The notes below the pieces were generated by a model. That model was not told where the DNA came from. It saw only the letters and a list, made by a program, of their open reading frames with translations, and made no database searches. From Octopus vulgaris (taxonomy: Eukaryota): DNA of 64,000 bases. Where the stretch lies: positions 178,312,001-178,376,000 of the forward strand of contig OX597815.1 of the NCBI GenBank assembly GCA_951406725.2, written 5' to 3'. The translations under genes and the position numbers were made by a program. This document shows positions 1 to 14,677 of the stretch, piece by piece (position 1 is the first letter of the stretch; each line of letters starts with the position of its first letter).

Positions 1-153
<153 letters not shown>

Positions 154-213
154 TCATAGAAACATTTATATACGTATACATAGACAGATGGGTAAATTGG
201 ATACTTACAGCCC

Positions 214-298
<85 letters not shown>

Positions 299-322
299 GA
301 TGGATGGATGGATAGATAGATT

Positions 323-394
<72 letters not shown>

Positions 395-453
395 CATACA
401 TACATACATACATACATACATACATACATACATACATACATACATACATACAT

Positions 454-496
<43 letters not shown>

Positions 497-497
497 T
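214..497. repeat. Compound (GATA)n(CATA)n(GACA)n microsatellite
   Basis: Directly visible; explains the YLSI/CMYV ORFs. Confidence 0.95.
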
Positions 498-627
498 GCA
501 TAAAAGCTTTAGGCGGGACGCAACTATTAAACTATAAGTGCATATTATCTTATAGCAGAAACAATTATATGCGAATGGATTTCATAACGAAATCATTCCC
601 TCCTTTGTCATTATTACTGTTCTTTAA

Positions 628-965
628 GGCGGCGAGTTGGCAGAAACGTTAGCACGCCGGGCGAAATGCTTTTCGTCTGACTTAACGTTCTGAGTTCAAA
701 TTCCGCCGAGGTCGACTTTGCCTTTCATCCTTTCGAGGTCGATAAATTAAGTACCAGTTATGCACTGAGGTTGATGTAATCGACTTAACCCCTTTGTCTG
801 TCCTTGTTTGTCCCCTCTATGTTTAGCCCCTTGTGGGCAATAAAAAATAAGAAACGTTAGCAGTATTGCAGTATTTCGTCTGACTTAACGTTCTGAGTTC
901 AAATTCCACCGAGGTTGACTTTGTCTTTCATCCTTTCGGAGTCGATAAAGTTAAGTACTGGGCTC
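628..965 (+). mobile_element. tRNA-derived SINE, family A (full copy plus partial tandem copy)
   Basis: GGCGGCGAGTTGGCAGAA head with A-box and GAGTTCAAATTCC B-box; body repeated at ~850-965; homologues at 4383, 13498, 27745, 52030. Confidence 0.85.
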
Positions 966-1544
966 GATCGAAGAGTGCTGAGATTTTTTGTAGGTTGTTA
1001 TATCCTTCATTTGTTTGCATCACATAAGTGTTACTTCGTTGATCTTGATTCAGAAATGTTGCATTTCACCGCGTCAACGTATGTATTAATTATGAATGCA
1101 ATTATACACATTCTCGTCTTATACAGAGACTGTGTCAGACGTCTTCCATTGAGAAGACGTCTAACATTTGAATTACCGATTAAAATAGTTACTTTACTTT
1201 TTACAACCGACCGCTATTTCGTTCGTCTGTACTTTCGGATAACATAGAAGCAAGTCATAGTAGGACATTGAGTTTATGACCGAAAATTACTTTACCAAGA
1301 AGCAAGCGGTTTCCATCTTCCAGAGCCGTAATCAATTGAAAATGTGCCCGCTAAAGTGTACACGTAGGTTCACAGTATTAAAGCAAAAGAGAAATTCACA
1401 CTTGGAACTCGTATTATATATCATTGCCTTAATGTTTTTAAAGTTACTGTGCAAAATCCGATTCATTATGTGGATTCAGGTTTGATACGGGTTTTGTTGT
1501 ATTATTCGTTTTCAATTTCTTGTATAGTGCTTAATATTTGCAAT

Positions 1545-1865
1545 CTTTCATCCTACAGAAGCCTGACCTTCCTACCTCTGATAATCTGTGACATTTTTAC
1601 ATACCATACTATATTGTTTTCTTCTCCTCTAATGATGTGTTCGCATCCAATAAGTCCTCTTCCCCCTCTTTTTCTTGGTACATACCGCCTGTCTGTGTCA
1701 CTTTTTGTGTGGAGTGACCCATATCTAGTTAGCAACGTCCTTGTCTTTCTGTCTAAGCTGTTTCCTTCGTCTACTTTTCATGCGATTACCCCTGCTCCAT
1801 ATCTAAGGAGCGAAACCGCCCAGGTGTTGATAGCTTCGATCTTATTCCGTCCACAACCATTTGAC
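1545..1865 (-). mobile_element. R4/Dong-clade non-LTR retrotransposon RT fragment
   Basis: Minus-strand peptides NKIEAINTWAVSLLRYGAG..LDRKTR and LHTKSDTDRRYVPRKRGGRGL match the R4/Dong RT C-terminal motifs. Confidence 0.8.
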
Positions 1866-2625
1866 CAATTAACTAATCGATTGCTTGATTAATTGCTTGC
1901 TCAAACAATCAGTCATCAAAGTTTCTGAATTTTCTTTCCTTTCCATCCATGACCTCCTCGATGATTATCTCCTTTAACATTTGAGTACACATTTATATAA
2001 TCGAACATTTTCTTAATCTTCGTATCTATACAGAACTTTATAATGTTTTAAAATTTTGTTACTTAAAATTTATCTATGTTTACAGTGAAGTATATTATTG
2101 TTTTCCAATGCAGATATTGTGTGCGCCTTCGTTACAAATTTAGAAACCCATAACATTGCTATACCAATTACGAATTTCCAATTTTCCCACAGATTGAATA
2201 ATAGGATACGGGCATGATGATAGATGGTTGGGCTTAGGTTTGGAAGAACTTTACTGTATTTGCTGAACTATTTTGCTTTTGAATGTAAATTCAAAATAAT
2301 GTAAGCGTGTATGTGTGCGCATGTATGAAGAATATATTTTATTATTCTGCCCCTGAAGCCAACCAATATCACAGCCATGATTTAATCATATTAATAGTCG
2401 GCAACTGAGCTTAACGATACTTTAGTGGTGTTGCTCATAGAAACACTTTAAAATGGTTATTTTCTGATTTTATAAAACAATATGATTCATTTTATTTAAC
2501 GGTAATAAAATAAAGTCCTCTAGAAAATACTTCAAGGCCAAAACGTAATTCTTGTAGCAGCATTATATGAAAATATAGTATCTATACGTGCGTGTTTGTG
2601 AGAGCCTATGCATATATGTGCGTGA

Positions 2626-2669
<44 letters not shown>

Positions 2670-2672
2670 ATG

Positions 2673-2707
<35 letters not shown>

Positions 2708-2948
2708 ATATATTCATATGTATACATGTGTGTATATATATGTATATATGTATATATACATATGTATATATATTTATATATACATATACATAAATATATA
2801 TACATATATATGTGTGTATAAATATACATACGTATTATATATTTATATACATATACATATATATACATATATAGACGTGCATATATATATGTATATAAAC
2901 ACATATTACACACACACCGACAAGCACACACACATTCACATACACAGG

Positions 2949-3075
<127 letters not shown>

Positions 3076-3599
3076 AGACATATGCACATAAAAATAAAAC
3101 AAGACATATAACTAACAGCATATATTTCCCATATATTTTCAATGGATGTAGAGCCATGGTTCACACGCATCAACGGACCAGATACATGATTATGTATACA
3201 CACGATGCCGTTATTTTTAAACTTCAATATGACAGTGAAAAAACGTTACAGGATTTATACATCTATGTTTTTGCAACAAAAAATTGGGGACAACCAGAAA
3301 GGTGTAAAATTCACAGCTATATCGATAGCTATCAATACAGTTATTTCGAGGGTTCTTTTTTTTGTTTTGCTTATTTTTTAAAGTGAAAAGCATTTGCCCT
3401 TAGAACTTTCGTTAACCAACAATTCATTGAAATTGTTGACGACTGTCAGAATGATGCGTTTACAAAAACTTGCCTCTTCCACTTCGTAATGAGAGGTTCC
3501 TGTTGTGTGTTTGCAAAATGTTTGCAATATTTTCATGACTTGTTTTTTTCTATTTGTCAAATTCCAACAAAAGCAGCATTCAAAGAACAGGTCACTGTG

Positions 3600-4370
3600 T
3601 TGTCCCGCCTGGACCTGCCTTGGGTCTTTGATCCCAGTTCTTGAGCTTCGGCGCGAAGAACTCCGTCACTGAAGCTTCCACCTCCTCTTGTTTGACGAGG
3701 CATCACGAACGCACGAAGCAAACCACAGATCAGAATAAATAATTCGAGCGGCCTACGTCTTGCCTATATGCTGGGTGTTGCATCAGTTCGATTCCTTCAA
3801 GGTCTTCGATTTTATTCCAGATCTCTCAAGTAGCATGTCTTGCGTTGTCTTGCTGCAGAAGGGTTCGCTTTCTGTTAACCAATGCCTGAGAGTTTTGCTG
3901 CCGAATGGAATACATCCGTGAAATGCCAAGCTCGCCTGATGCTCCCTGATTCCTACTGGCCGGATTTGCCTCTAGGGTTTGGAGTATGGCCTTGGACTCC
4001 AGGGTTTTAGGTCTTCATGTCTTTGCCTGATCATCGTGGTTCCTTAACCTGAGCAAAATTTCTTAAACAATCTGGTAACTTACTGAGATCAGCTGCAGCT
4101 TTAAACTTCACACAACAAATATATTGGGTTGCTTCAGTGACATTACGGCCCAGTTCGAACTTATAAAGCATAAGTTCCCGAATTAGACAATGCTGCACGT
4201 TCATCTGTGCCGCTTTCAAATCACATACAGAGTGGAGCTATGCATTTGTCAGTGCACCAGCTATCACGATACGACCAACCTCAGAGTGTACCTTCCACGG
4301 CTTGAAGTGTTTTGCTACAGATATACACGACACAAACTAACACGTATGTAAATATTTCAAAACTTTTTAC
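3600..4370 (-). mobile_element. Decayed mariner transposon
   Basis: N-terminal HTH-like IRELMLYKFELGRNVTEATQYICC (ORF 4031-4219) and C-terminal KQEEVEASVTEFFAPKLKNW near 3630-3700. Confidence 0.7.
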
Positions 4371-4382
4371 TTGCCTCAGTAT

Positions 4383-4545
4383 AGGTTTCACATTTCGACA
4401 CAAGGCCAGTAAGCCCAGGAAAGTGGTTGATGCGATTACATAGAGCCTAGTATTCAACTGGTATATATTTTGCCGACCCCGAAAAGATGAAAGGAAAAAA
4501 GTCAACCTCGGCGGGATATGAACTCAGAACGAGATGACGGACGAT
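4383..4545 (-). mobile_element. SINE family A fragment
   Basis: Reverse complement has GTTCTGAGTTCATATCCCGCCGAGGTTGACT..CCTTTCATC, matching 628-850. Confidence 0.75.
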
Positions 4546-5589
4546 TCTGTCTGCTAGCTATCTCTACTCGCAAGAATATTATGAAGTAGAAGCTTTAAAC
4601 CAGTTTCTACACCTCAAAGAATATGTCGAAATGGTTCCTTGAATTATGTTTTGGTTAAAACTAAACCTATTGGCTTTTCATGACGCCTTTACTAGGTAGA
4701 ACTCTCTGGAAAGAGCGACACTGGACGTAGATGCTAAAAACATTGTCTCGTTTCTCTCCATTATTAATTTTCTAACAATTTATAAAGAAAAGAAAGGAAA
4801 ACGTGCGTTCAATGAATTTCTTCCAGGCTAATTATTTTCCCTCTTTATGAATGTCTCACTTCATAAAATGTTTAATAAATAAATTCATGATTACATCATG
4901 CTGATGATGTTTAAAAGGAATGAAATAATGCTATACATGATTATCACAGACTAGAAACTTTACGAACTCCGTCATAAGTAAGGAAATATGAATTAAATAC
5001 GCCAATATATGAATTATATGGATCTTTAGCCCCTTCATTTCAAATCTAAATTTCTAATCTAGCCATACATTATGACGAAATGATTGCCTCCTTTGTAATA
5101 ATTGTCCGCTAGCTGAAGATACGTGGTTTTATTTTTACTGTTGCTGCTTCTGCAGTTGTACAATTGCTACTGTCAAACCTTTGTAAATGTTGAGTCGTCC
5201 TTTCTCCCTATTGACTGCCTTCTGTGGGTCATGGACTGATAGTTTCTTTTTGTAATATTAAATCCTGATTTACTGTAATGTACAATGCAAAGACCCACAC
5301 ACACACACGTCAGTGTGAGAGGTAAAGAGAGGGTGTGTGAATTACAACCAAATCTCAAATTAACTAACCAACCATGAGCAATAGAAAATGACAATCAGAA
5401 TGACTGATCTATATAAATGAATAAAAAAGCGGTTATATTTAAAATCCTTCAACTTGTTGAGCAGCCCACAAATTTGCCTCAAAACAGTTCCAGTGCGTAG
5501 GCAACAATGACCAGGTCACCTTTTGTACGCACCTGTACTTGATAGTCTCTTTCTATGATGTATGGCTTTCAACTAATCTCTCTCAGATA

Positions 5590-6140
5590 CCCACATCGAT
5601 CACCCGCACTTTAAAGTTACCTTTTATGACATCCTAAAAATTGTTTATGCGGTTGTGCTGAGACCTTCTCCCTCTGATCATCTCCCCATAAAAGTCTGCT
5701 TGGATTGTCTACTGTCATCCATATGGCAACCCCAATGCATCTACCTTCAAAAATTAGTCCTTTCCTCAAATATTCCTTTCCTCACAATTAGGTGCGTAAG
5801 TGGACCGATTTCTGTTCAGGATGCATTAGATACGATGCTTAATGAGACCTTTCCAACTGCTTGATATGATGTCTGTAAACTGTCCACGTTTCGCAGCCGT
5901 ATAGTTGGATTGTAAGAACACAGGCTCCATACAAAGATAGCTTCATGTCTCTTGTGATATCCCGAACTGACTAGACTCGCTTCTCTAGTTTCGCGAAAGC
6001 ATCTGCAATGATTTTCGCCATCATGTGATTTATTCCAGTGCCAAAAGTGCCTCCAAGACACACAAAGCTGTCCACCACTTTCAGGTATTTTTCTCCCCCT
6101 CAAAAATGTCAGGCTCTACATACGCTTCCCTAACGAGTGG
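5590..6140 (-). mobile_element. RTE-clade LINE RT 3' fragment
   Basis: Peptide LSLYGACVLTIQLYGCETWTVYRHHIKQLER; interrupted by stops. Confidence 0.8.
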
Positions 6141-6739
6141 AGTGTACATGGCCTTTGTCCTTTTAGTGCAAATATTTATCTATTTGTTTGCAAATTAATG
6201 AATTAAATAATCAATTCAGTAACCATCAAACAAATAGTGCTCGCCGACCATGTTGAAATAACCGAAACAAACTAAACTTCCGGTTGTAGGCGCATGCTAG
6301 TTTGGCAATACACATGCAACAGGCTGCTTCCGCAACACTCAAGATTCAAGGACTGATACAATGGCGTAACTATGATCCCCGTCTCAATAACAGCTATTAA
6401 TTCAAATGAATTCAAGCGCTTAGCGTAATGATTAAATGCGTTTTGTTTTGGGTTTGCATTTTCATTTAGTTTTTAAAAAGTTTGTTACTGTTATTGTTTT
6501 TATTGAAATCTACCAATAAAAAATCTTCTTTAAGAAAACATATAATCAAATTTCAGTTCCAATCAAATTTCGAAAGGAATTTAATTTTGCATTTAAAAAA
6601 TAAACACGTAATTTCAATGCACCAATAGAATTCATTAGTTTGACGCTATGAATACAGTTGTCATGTGACTCTCTACGTAAATAAATGATTGCGCATGCAT
6701 CCCAGTAAATGTATGTAACTAAAATCAGTTAGACAGATT

Positions 6740-6789
<50 letters not shown>

Positions 6790-7217
6790 GATAGATAGAT
6801 AGATAGATACATACATACATACATACATACATACATACATACATACATACATACATACGTACGTACGTACGTACGTACATACAGATACACACATATATAC
6901 ATAGATGCATGTTTGTAAGTGTGTGATTGCGTATATTTAATATATTCAACAGTTAGTATTCAACGGTTTTCGTAAGATAAAGTTTACACTTGAAACTCAT
7001 TTTTATCTTGAATCAGCATCAGATTCTAACTTCAATACTTATTTCCAGAGCTTCCAATTTCAAAGAGTAGACGACTGAAGACGACGCTTGATCTAACAAT
7101 ACTTAAGGTAGGCATTCGAAGAAATTTATGTTTACCCTTGTATTTTAGTAATTTTATCGATCTTCAACTAAGCTACTCACAGACACACACACGTCAATAC
7201 ACACGCACAGCACACAG

Positions 7218-7264
<47 letters not shown>

Positions 7265-7944
7265 TGTGGGTGTAAAGGTGTAGGAAGATAGTAAGCTTCA
7301 AACAATCCCTAGAAGGTATAAAAACAACTTTCAGAAACAATAGCCTTTTATTGTAAGTTTAAATTTTTTTCCGTATTGAAGTTCGTTAAGGTGAAAAAAT
7401 TGTTTTATAGCTTATTGCTAGAAACAGGGATTGTTGTGTATGCAAAAAGAAATCCAGAATTAGAGAATGAAGTAGAGTTGATAAAAAACAGGCTTCAAAT
7501 GTTTCATAGCTAGCAGAATTTCGGTAGTAGTAATTATCCAAACGGGAGGTAATCCATCGCTACTCGTCGGGCCAGAGATACCTTAATCAAATGAAGGTTA
7601 TATTGTCGTTAAAGGACCCCATCTCCTTCAAAACAACATGGGATCCCTTGACGACCATGTTAACTTCTTTTGATTAAGGTGTGTTTGGGCCGATGAGTAG
7701 TGAGTGGATTACCTCTCGTTTTGGACAATTATTACTTCGAGATTCTGCTTAGCTATGAAACATATGAAGCCTGGATTTTATCAACTTCATTCCTTAATTT
7801 TGGATATATATATATATATATATATATTATTTAAAGGGCTAAAAGACCACTAAGTGGTCAGCCGTATGCTAGAAGTAGATCACCAACGATCAAACTACAA
7901 AGAAAAGAATGTTCTCTAGAGAAAAATTCAGCGGACACCAGAAC

Positions 7945-8500
7945 AATATGCGGGCAAGTCAGATGAAAATTATATAAAAAACAAGAATTACTCGCAGACC
8001 GTGTTGCTTTTCTTCATTGCAGACGAATAGTGAGTTTCATGCAGAGGTAGTCTACTGTCATTAAGTTCTTGGCGAGGGGAGAGGTGCAGGTTGTCCAACG
8101 AGCCGCAGAAGGCGACTGGCTGTTTACAGAAATAATGCTATTGACAAGATCAATGTGACATAATGGATAAAAAAAGTTTGAAAACGTTAAATTCGCATTG
8201 ATGACAAGCCATTCACGGAAAGACTGCCTGAATTGTGACCAGTGACATAAATCGTTGAAAGTGAACGAATTGATTCGCGCATGAATTGATTCACAACCCG
8301 TGAACTTGCTGCATAATTGGATTGTGGGTAGAATGCATTACAGAAGATGTTGGAAGCCTTTTGGGTATCATAAGATGAGCATGACAGGAATATCATAATA
8401 GTTGACACCAGATTTGAAGAGAGAATTCTGGAAATCTAATTGGATGCACTTGAAGCCAACGAAGCAATATTTTCTCCCATCTGGTAATAGTCGAAGAAAT
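7945..8500 (+). mobile_element. Highly decayed mariner fragment
   Basis: DDKP...FTTRELAA*LDCG resembles the second mariner HTH; TIR-like start near 7947. Confidence 0.45.
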
Positions 8501-9466
8501 GAGGTCGTGTCTTGACGATTCGGAAATGAAGACTCTCTCTTTATGGAATGGCATTACAACGCTTCCCACGACCTAAAGTGTTCAAGAGCCAGTGATCTGC
8601 ACAAAAAATCTCGGGGCTTCGATTTTTTAGTTTTCATTTAAATTTCGCGGCCTTCGGGCTAAAACATTTTTAAGGATTCTAAGGACTTATACTAGCATCT
8701 TAAAATGCACTATGAATTCATCACAGAATATTTTATTGATATTCCATTTTTGAAAATCGACCAGACTTGATTCTGATTTGCAATATGGTTACACAAGATA
8801 TTTTATTCACGTTGAAAGAAGTATGATAATGATTGTTTAATATATGTACAAAACCAGTTAATCTGATGGAAGAACAGTCGACAAATAAACAACGAAATAC
8901 AAAATCAAGCTCAGGACAAATACATTTTGTGTGACATTCTGTTTATTCTGCCAAAGCACAGTTCTTCGTATAAGAGGAGCGAAATCCCAATGAACTTTTG
9001 TCACACTGAACTTTGAACGTATTTTAATTAGAAGATTAATATGTCAAAGTCAAAAAGATAGAAGCGAAAAAATATCACATTATTACAAATATACAAATAA
9101 AATCAGTCTACACGTGCAAAGAAAACTGATATATGATAGACAAATATTGGGAAAACACTGCAAAATAACTTTAGTTAAAATACGATAAGGTTACGCATTG
9201 CAATTCTGTTGACATCTTGATCCATCTAGACTATTTTCTGCTGTTTACATCAAGTTTTAGTTCCTATATAGTTTCAGTATAACTTACAGTGTCAACAATG
9301 GAATATTAAACGTTTATTTAAAACAAAAAACAAATACACGGCGCGGAGTTGTAGGTTAAGACAAAGTTTTATCGCTAGTTCTACTAGCAGCGAACAGAAG
9401 AACCGTTACTTATATAGGCATATAGACATTTTACATTAGTCGACTATTCTGCCGGCTCACTGCCTT

Positions 9467-9530
<64 letters not shown>

Positions 9531-9533
<3 letters not shown>

Positions 9534-9777
9534 GGGAACTGCTCATATCCTACGCAAAATACTCTCTATGTAATCTTAAGGTTTAAAACAAACATAATTT
9601 TCGGTTTAAAAAAAAAAAAAAAACTTTCTTTTTTAGAAATTCATTAGTACAACATCCCCCCCACCCAAATATATGGCACACTAGGCATAACAACAACATG
9701 AACTTCCAACCCTGTTGTACAAATATAAAACAAAAGTCAAACATAGAATAATAATAATAATAATAGTAATAATAATA
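9531..9777 (+). mobile_element. R4/Dong 3' end (ORF terminus plus 3' UTR) within (TAA)n
   Basis: MGTAHILRKILSM* terminus; UTR ending AAAAGTCAAACATAGAATAATAAT is shared with 12910-13110; (AAT)n on both sides. Confidence 0.75.
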
Positions 9778-9887
9778 GAAGAAGAAGAAGAAGAAGAAGA
9801 AGAAGAAGAAGAAGAAGAAGAAGAAGAAGAAGAAGAAGAAGAAGAAGAAGAAGAAGAAGAAGAAGAAGAAGAAGAAGAAGAAGAAGA
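9778..9887. repeat. (GAA)n microsatellite
   Basis: Directly visible. Confidence 0.97.
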
Positions 9888-10189
9888 TGTGCGTGATAAG
9901 ATTCGATAGATTTTGACTTTGTTTATGAAGAAAGCAGAAATACAGAAATTCAAAATATGAAAGGTAATATTCTGCGTTTCTTTTTAGACAAAAATGACGT
10001 CATCAGTTTTCGCTTTTTTATTACTGATAACAAAAAAAAAATGAAAATAGAGGAAAAAAGAAAATAAAAAAGAATACCCTTCGTCAAAAAGTTTCGTATA
10101 AAGCTGATGAAGAAATTCGCCTGTTATGGGGTTCCTTCTTTCAAAATTTGAGGTTAGCATTTCACAAGTATATTGATTTTTCATTTTAG

Positions 10190-11150
10190 AGGACTGAAAC
10201 CACAATAGAGTCAAATTATTTCCTGAGAATGTCCACTTTCAGCTGTTTGACGTAAAATGTTCGGCAAATTCCGTCAATCTACTATTATTTTGCCTGACAT
10301 CATGCCTCCTATGCTCATTGAATCAAGTTCTGTTCGGTATATTCCGTTGCGTACGCCAAATGGGAATCTTTACACATCCCACCTTTCATACAGATCTTAA
10401 CATTTCTCTTATGATTTGTGATGGAATTGACTTGACTCATGTTGCACAATGAATAGGTCTTACCTGACTTTGAACCGTTTTGCGGTGCTCATCGTTCACA
10501 AACTCCAACGACAGATTTATTGGGGTTAGAAGTAGTGGTTAATAGTATTCTTATTACCTCTAAAGGCTACAATAGGCGGATAACGATATACATTTTTTGA
10601 AACTTGGATATTTTTCTGAAACATGGCGGTGACTTTCATGCGACACTTGAAATTCCAGCGAAATTTCGCGGCCAGTTAATCACTAATTCGACCATAAAAT
10701 TTATTTTGGCTTCTAAAATTATGCATGAAAGTTTGACTATCCTTGTTAATTGTAGCTATGCCATTTGCGATTTCCTTTAATCGTGATTCACTGTAACCGG
10801 CTTTGACATAATGGTGAGCATATTTATTTGCATGTTTCCCATAATCCCCTTTGTCAGAACAAATCCGTTTCATCCCCCAAAACTGGAAATTCAGATTTGA
10901 TTTAATTGTATATGTGGATAATTGGGGCAGCGGCAAAGATAAATGTCACTACTTGGCCTTCGGAGAACTTACGCGTTCAAAAATCCAAAGCTGGTTTTTT
11001 AAAGAATTTTATATTGGATTTAAACCCATGATTTTTGGCGAAACTGTCACAAAAATTCAAGAAGTTACATAATCTATCCTGCAATCCTTCCCAATCAAAG
11101 TTTTTCAAAATGCATTTATGCACGATTCCACCATATCATCGTAGTTAATC
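10190..11150 (-). mobile_element. Decayed Penelope-like element (RT C-terminus, linker and GIY-YIG remnant)
   Basis: Frameshifted peptides in the PLE order: WEGLQDRLCNFLNFCDSF..SNIKF; QFWGMKRICSD..AGYS; YPPIVAFRGNKN; CKDSHLAY; FNEHRRHD..LTEFAEHF. Confidence 0.75.
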
Positions 11151-11210
11151 TTGGGGTAGAGTGATGAAAAATTCATTGCTTATGAAAAATTACTCCAATC
11201 TTCATAAATC

Positions 11211-11373
<163 letters not shown>

Positions 11374-11529
11374 TATAGACGATTAAGAAGAACAAGAAAA
11401 AGATGGAGACGAAAAATATGAAGAGGAAGAAGAGGAAGAAGAGAATGGAGAATGGAGAAGCAGCATGAGGTTGAGAGAAATAAATAGAGGATGAATAAGC
11501 AGAGAGGGTGGTTAAAATGGATAAGATGG

Positions 11530-11601
<72 letters not shown>

Positions 11602-11847
11602 TAAATATAAAATTATGTCTACTTTCCATATAGTAATACTGTTCATTATGAAGCAGTTATCTGGTCATAAATATCATATCTATATGATATTGATTATCTT
11701 CCAGCGCATGTTATTGATTACGGATATTGACTCTATTGTATAGACATATTTAATATTACCGTAAGTAAAGCTGCCCATCTCGTCATGTGTCACGTGTCTG
11801 CAATTGTTGTATAGGAAGACGGATTAACTAAAGATTATATTCTGCTT

Positions 11848-11947
11848 NNNNNNNNNNNNNNNNNNNNNNNNNNNNNNNNNNNNNNNNNNNNNNNNNNNNN
11901 NNNNNNNNNNNNNNNNNNNNNNNNNNNNNNNNNNNNNNNNNNNNNNN
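11848..11947. other. Assembly gap (100 N)
   Basis: N run flanked on both sides by the same 16-mer AGATTATATTCTGCTT. Confidence 0.98.
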
Positions 11948-12869
11948 AGATTATATTCTGCTTGGCTATCCAAAAGAAAGTGTCAAGGAACATGAGAGAT
12001 AAAGTTAATGATTTCTTTTGCCATGGATTAAATGTTAATTTCTTCAGAGTAAGACAATATATTCGATAGAACTGATACCGGTATATTACTGGTATATAAA
12101 TATTTACAGCTACTGATGCAGAATGAAGTACAGAATGGAGGAGTAGCATAATTTTAACATATTCTCATCCACATATTCTCGGAATGTATAGAAATGTAAT
12201 CCAATGTGCTTGTCTTACTCCCGCACGTATTCAAGTCTTCCTTGTTGAATGATACTCATTTCCGTTTAAACAAGTTACGAGTCAGAGCACAAAACTCATC
12301 TTCTGTCTAATTGTCTCTCTTCTCATTTGGTTTGGAACAAAGAAAAGAGAATGAATATTGATAAAGTACGTAAATTTCTCAGACTTAAAACAAAATAACA
12401 TTAACCAGAAATTGAAATAATGTTCTAGACTCTAACCAAGAATTTATTAGATATACACCAATATCGGATGATATTAATCTCATGTGACAAACAGCATTTG
12501 AATTTGGAGGAACAGTACATACCACAAATAGTTTATTCTGGTGTGTCTAACTTCAAATCCCACAACAGACACGAATGTGTTATTCGTTCATTATCTGTCC
12601 TAAATAGAATTACCAATAACATTGATTTATGACATAAAATATGTATTTCTCTAACATACAATAATGAATAATATATTGAAGAGTGGGTTTGATTTGTTTT
12701 TACATTAAGCTGAACAAAATTGGATCTGTTGTTTGGTTAGCCATTCTCACCCACGATATTACTACATATATTCAAAAGTCATATATAACGTAACAAAATG
12801 ACCAAATTATGAAAGAGTTTAAATTTGTTGTGTCATTCGATCACGTCCAATCTTGAAAACATTAAATAA

Positions 12870-12909
<40 letters not shown>

Positions 12910-12918
<9 letters not shown>

Positions 12919-13470
12919 TATTATTATTATTATTCTATGTTTGACTTTTTGCTTTACATTTGTACAAGTTGGCTCCAAGTCTCACCCAGAGACCTGAAGT
13001 TTATGTTGGTGTTATGCCTAGGGTGCCATATATTTGATTTTGTACATAATGTTGTTCTAGAGAATGTTTAAGAAACCATAAGAAAATTATGTTTGTTTTA
13101 AAACTTGAGATTATATAGAAAGTATTTTTCGTATTCTTTTCTTGAGACATTTTGATCTTGTGGGCCAGACATATCTATTCCTCTGTTGTGGTCCTTCATC
13201 ACAATGTCTGATCGATTGGGTCAATTTTTCTGTTCTGTTTGTATTGGGAAGTTCCAAAGGATGGTGACGCCCTCGCCATTTACTACATCCTCTGGATGGT
13301 GCCTGTACCACTTATCATGGGATTTAATTTTGTAGCATTTACAAGCATTCCGGTGGATCTACTGCCCTAGTCTCTCATGTCTTATGAGGTACTCCTTTTC
13401 AGCGAGGACTGGGCAGCCAGAAACATGATCCATTGTGAATTTTCCGAAAGTCCTGCACGAGTAGTCAGAT
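12910..13470 (-). mobile_element. R4/Dong 3' fragment (CCHC knuckle, REL endonuclease remnant, 3' UTR, TAA tail)
   Basis: CRTFGKFTMDHVSGCPVLAEKEYLIRH; ILWNFPIQT..NRSDIV; UTR homologous to 9531-9777; flanked by (TTA)n. Confidence 0.8.
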
Positions 13471-13497
13471 CCAATGATTATTATTATTATTATTAAA

Positions 13498-13716
13498 GGC
13501 GGTAAGCTATTAGAATCGTTAGCACCCCGGTCAAAATGCTTAACAGCATTTTGTCCGTGTTTACGTTCGGAGATCAATTTCCGCCGAGATCGACTTTGCC
13601 TTTCATCCTTTCGTCATCGATGAAATAAGTACCAGTGATACACTTGGGACGATGTAAACTACTAGTCTCCTCACAACAAATTTCAGGACTTGTGCTTATA
13701 GTAGAAAGGATTATTA
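13498..13716 (+). mobile_element. SINE family A
   Basis: Homologous to 628-850. Confidence 0.8.
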
Positions 13717-14169
13717 TCAATATTATTGCTGTTGTTTTGTTCATTTATATGTTGTAGTTATTCCAAATCTATTTAAAAATAATTCCCAATGCAAAGCCTT
13801 CGGAATTTTTTTTATCTATTCGAAAGGAGGAGATAGATGTTGGCGCAAATGGCCTAATATTTCTTTTAGGTGATGCAACGACAATTCTTTGATTGTGACT
13901 ATCAAGATTCTGTTTAACAAATACTTTATACCACACGGTACATTTTTTTCTGTCGACATGAACCTTTTTTGCAGTTTGGGAAGCAAGAATTAATTAAAAT
14001 GAAACCAATATTCTAAACGTGTATTAAAGTATATCGCCGCTCTTAAACTATAAATCCTCGCTTTTAGGAAATGATTATTTCCCCCAATTTAATGATCCAC
14101 CATTTTGTAAATTTCTATGAGAATATAGGAAGTAATATATAACTAAGGTTGAATTGAATTCCGTCATTT

Positions 14170-14492
14170 ATTTGGAAACATCTCATGAAGTAAGCGATGT
14201 TCAAGCTTGGTTCACACGCTCTAATTGCTGACAGTAGACTTGAGCATTGATTGTTGTTGCATGAGGTGGTAACAATTCAAAGTCAATTACTCCTTTGCAA
14301 TCCCACCAGATAGAACCTTTTTTCCATGAAGTTCCCTTCTCTGTTGTGTAAACAAAAATTAACTAAAATTAACTTCTAGAATCCCAAATGATTCAAAAAT
14401 ATTATTCTCGAAAAAAATAGATTCCAAAGTATAAAAACGCGATAAATTCCAAAGTTTAAAAGCACGGCGGGAACTTAGTTGCCAACCCAATA
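14170..14492 (-). mobile_element. Internally deleted mariner remnant
   Basis: TIR-like TATTGGGTTGGCAACTAAGT at the right end; peptide IWWDCKGVIDFELLPP..TINAQVYCQQLERV. Confidence 0.75.
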
Positions 14493-14613
14493 TATGTGTG
14501 TGCGTGTGTGTGTGTGTATTTATATATATAGCTATAAATTATATATATATACTAGCTAAACTGGTAAAATGATATCATTATATATATAATATACAATATA
14601 TATATATATATAT

Positions 14614-14673
<60 letters not shown>

Positions 14674-14677
<4 letters not shown>

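Noticed and set aside
4902-4935. CTGATGA...GAAA hammerhead-like spacing (similar cases at 22850 and 15854)
   Set aside because: No convincing stem I, II or III pairing; expected by chance in AT-rich DNA.
11832-11963. 16-bp direct repeat around the N run as a TSD
   Set aside because: More simply explained as an unmerged contig overlap at a scaffold gap.
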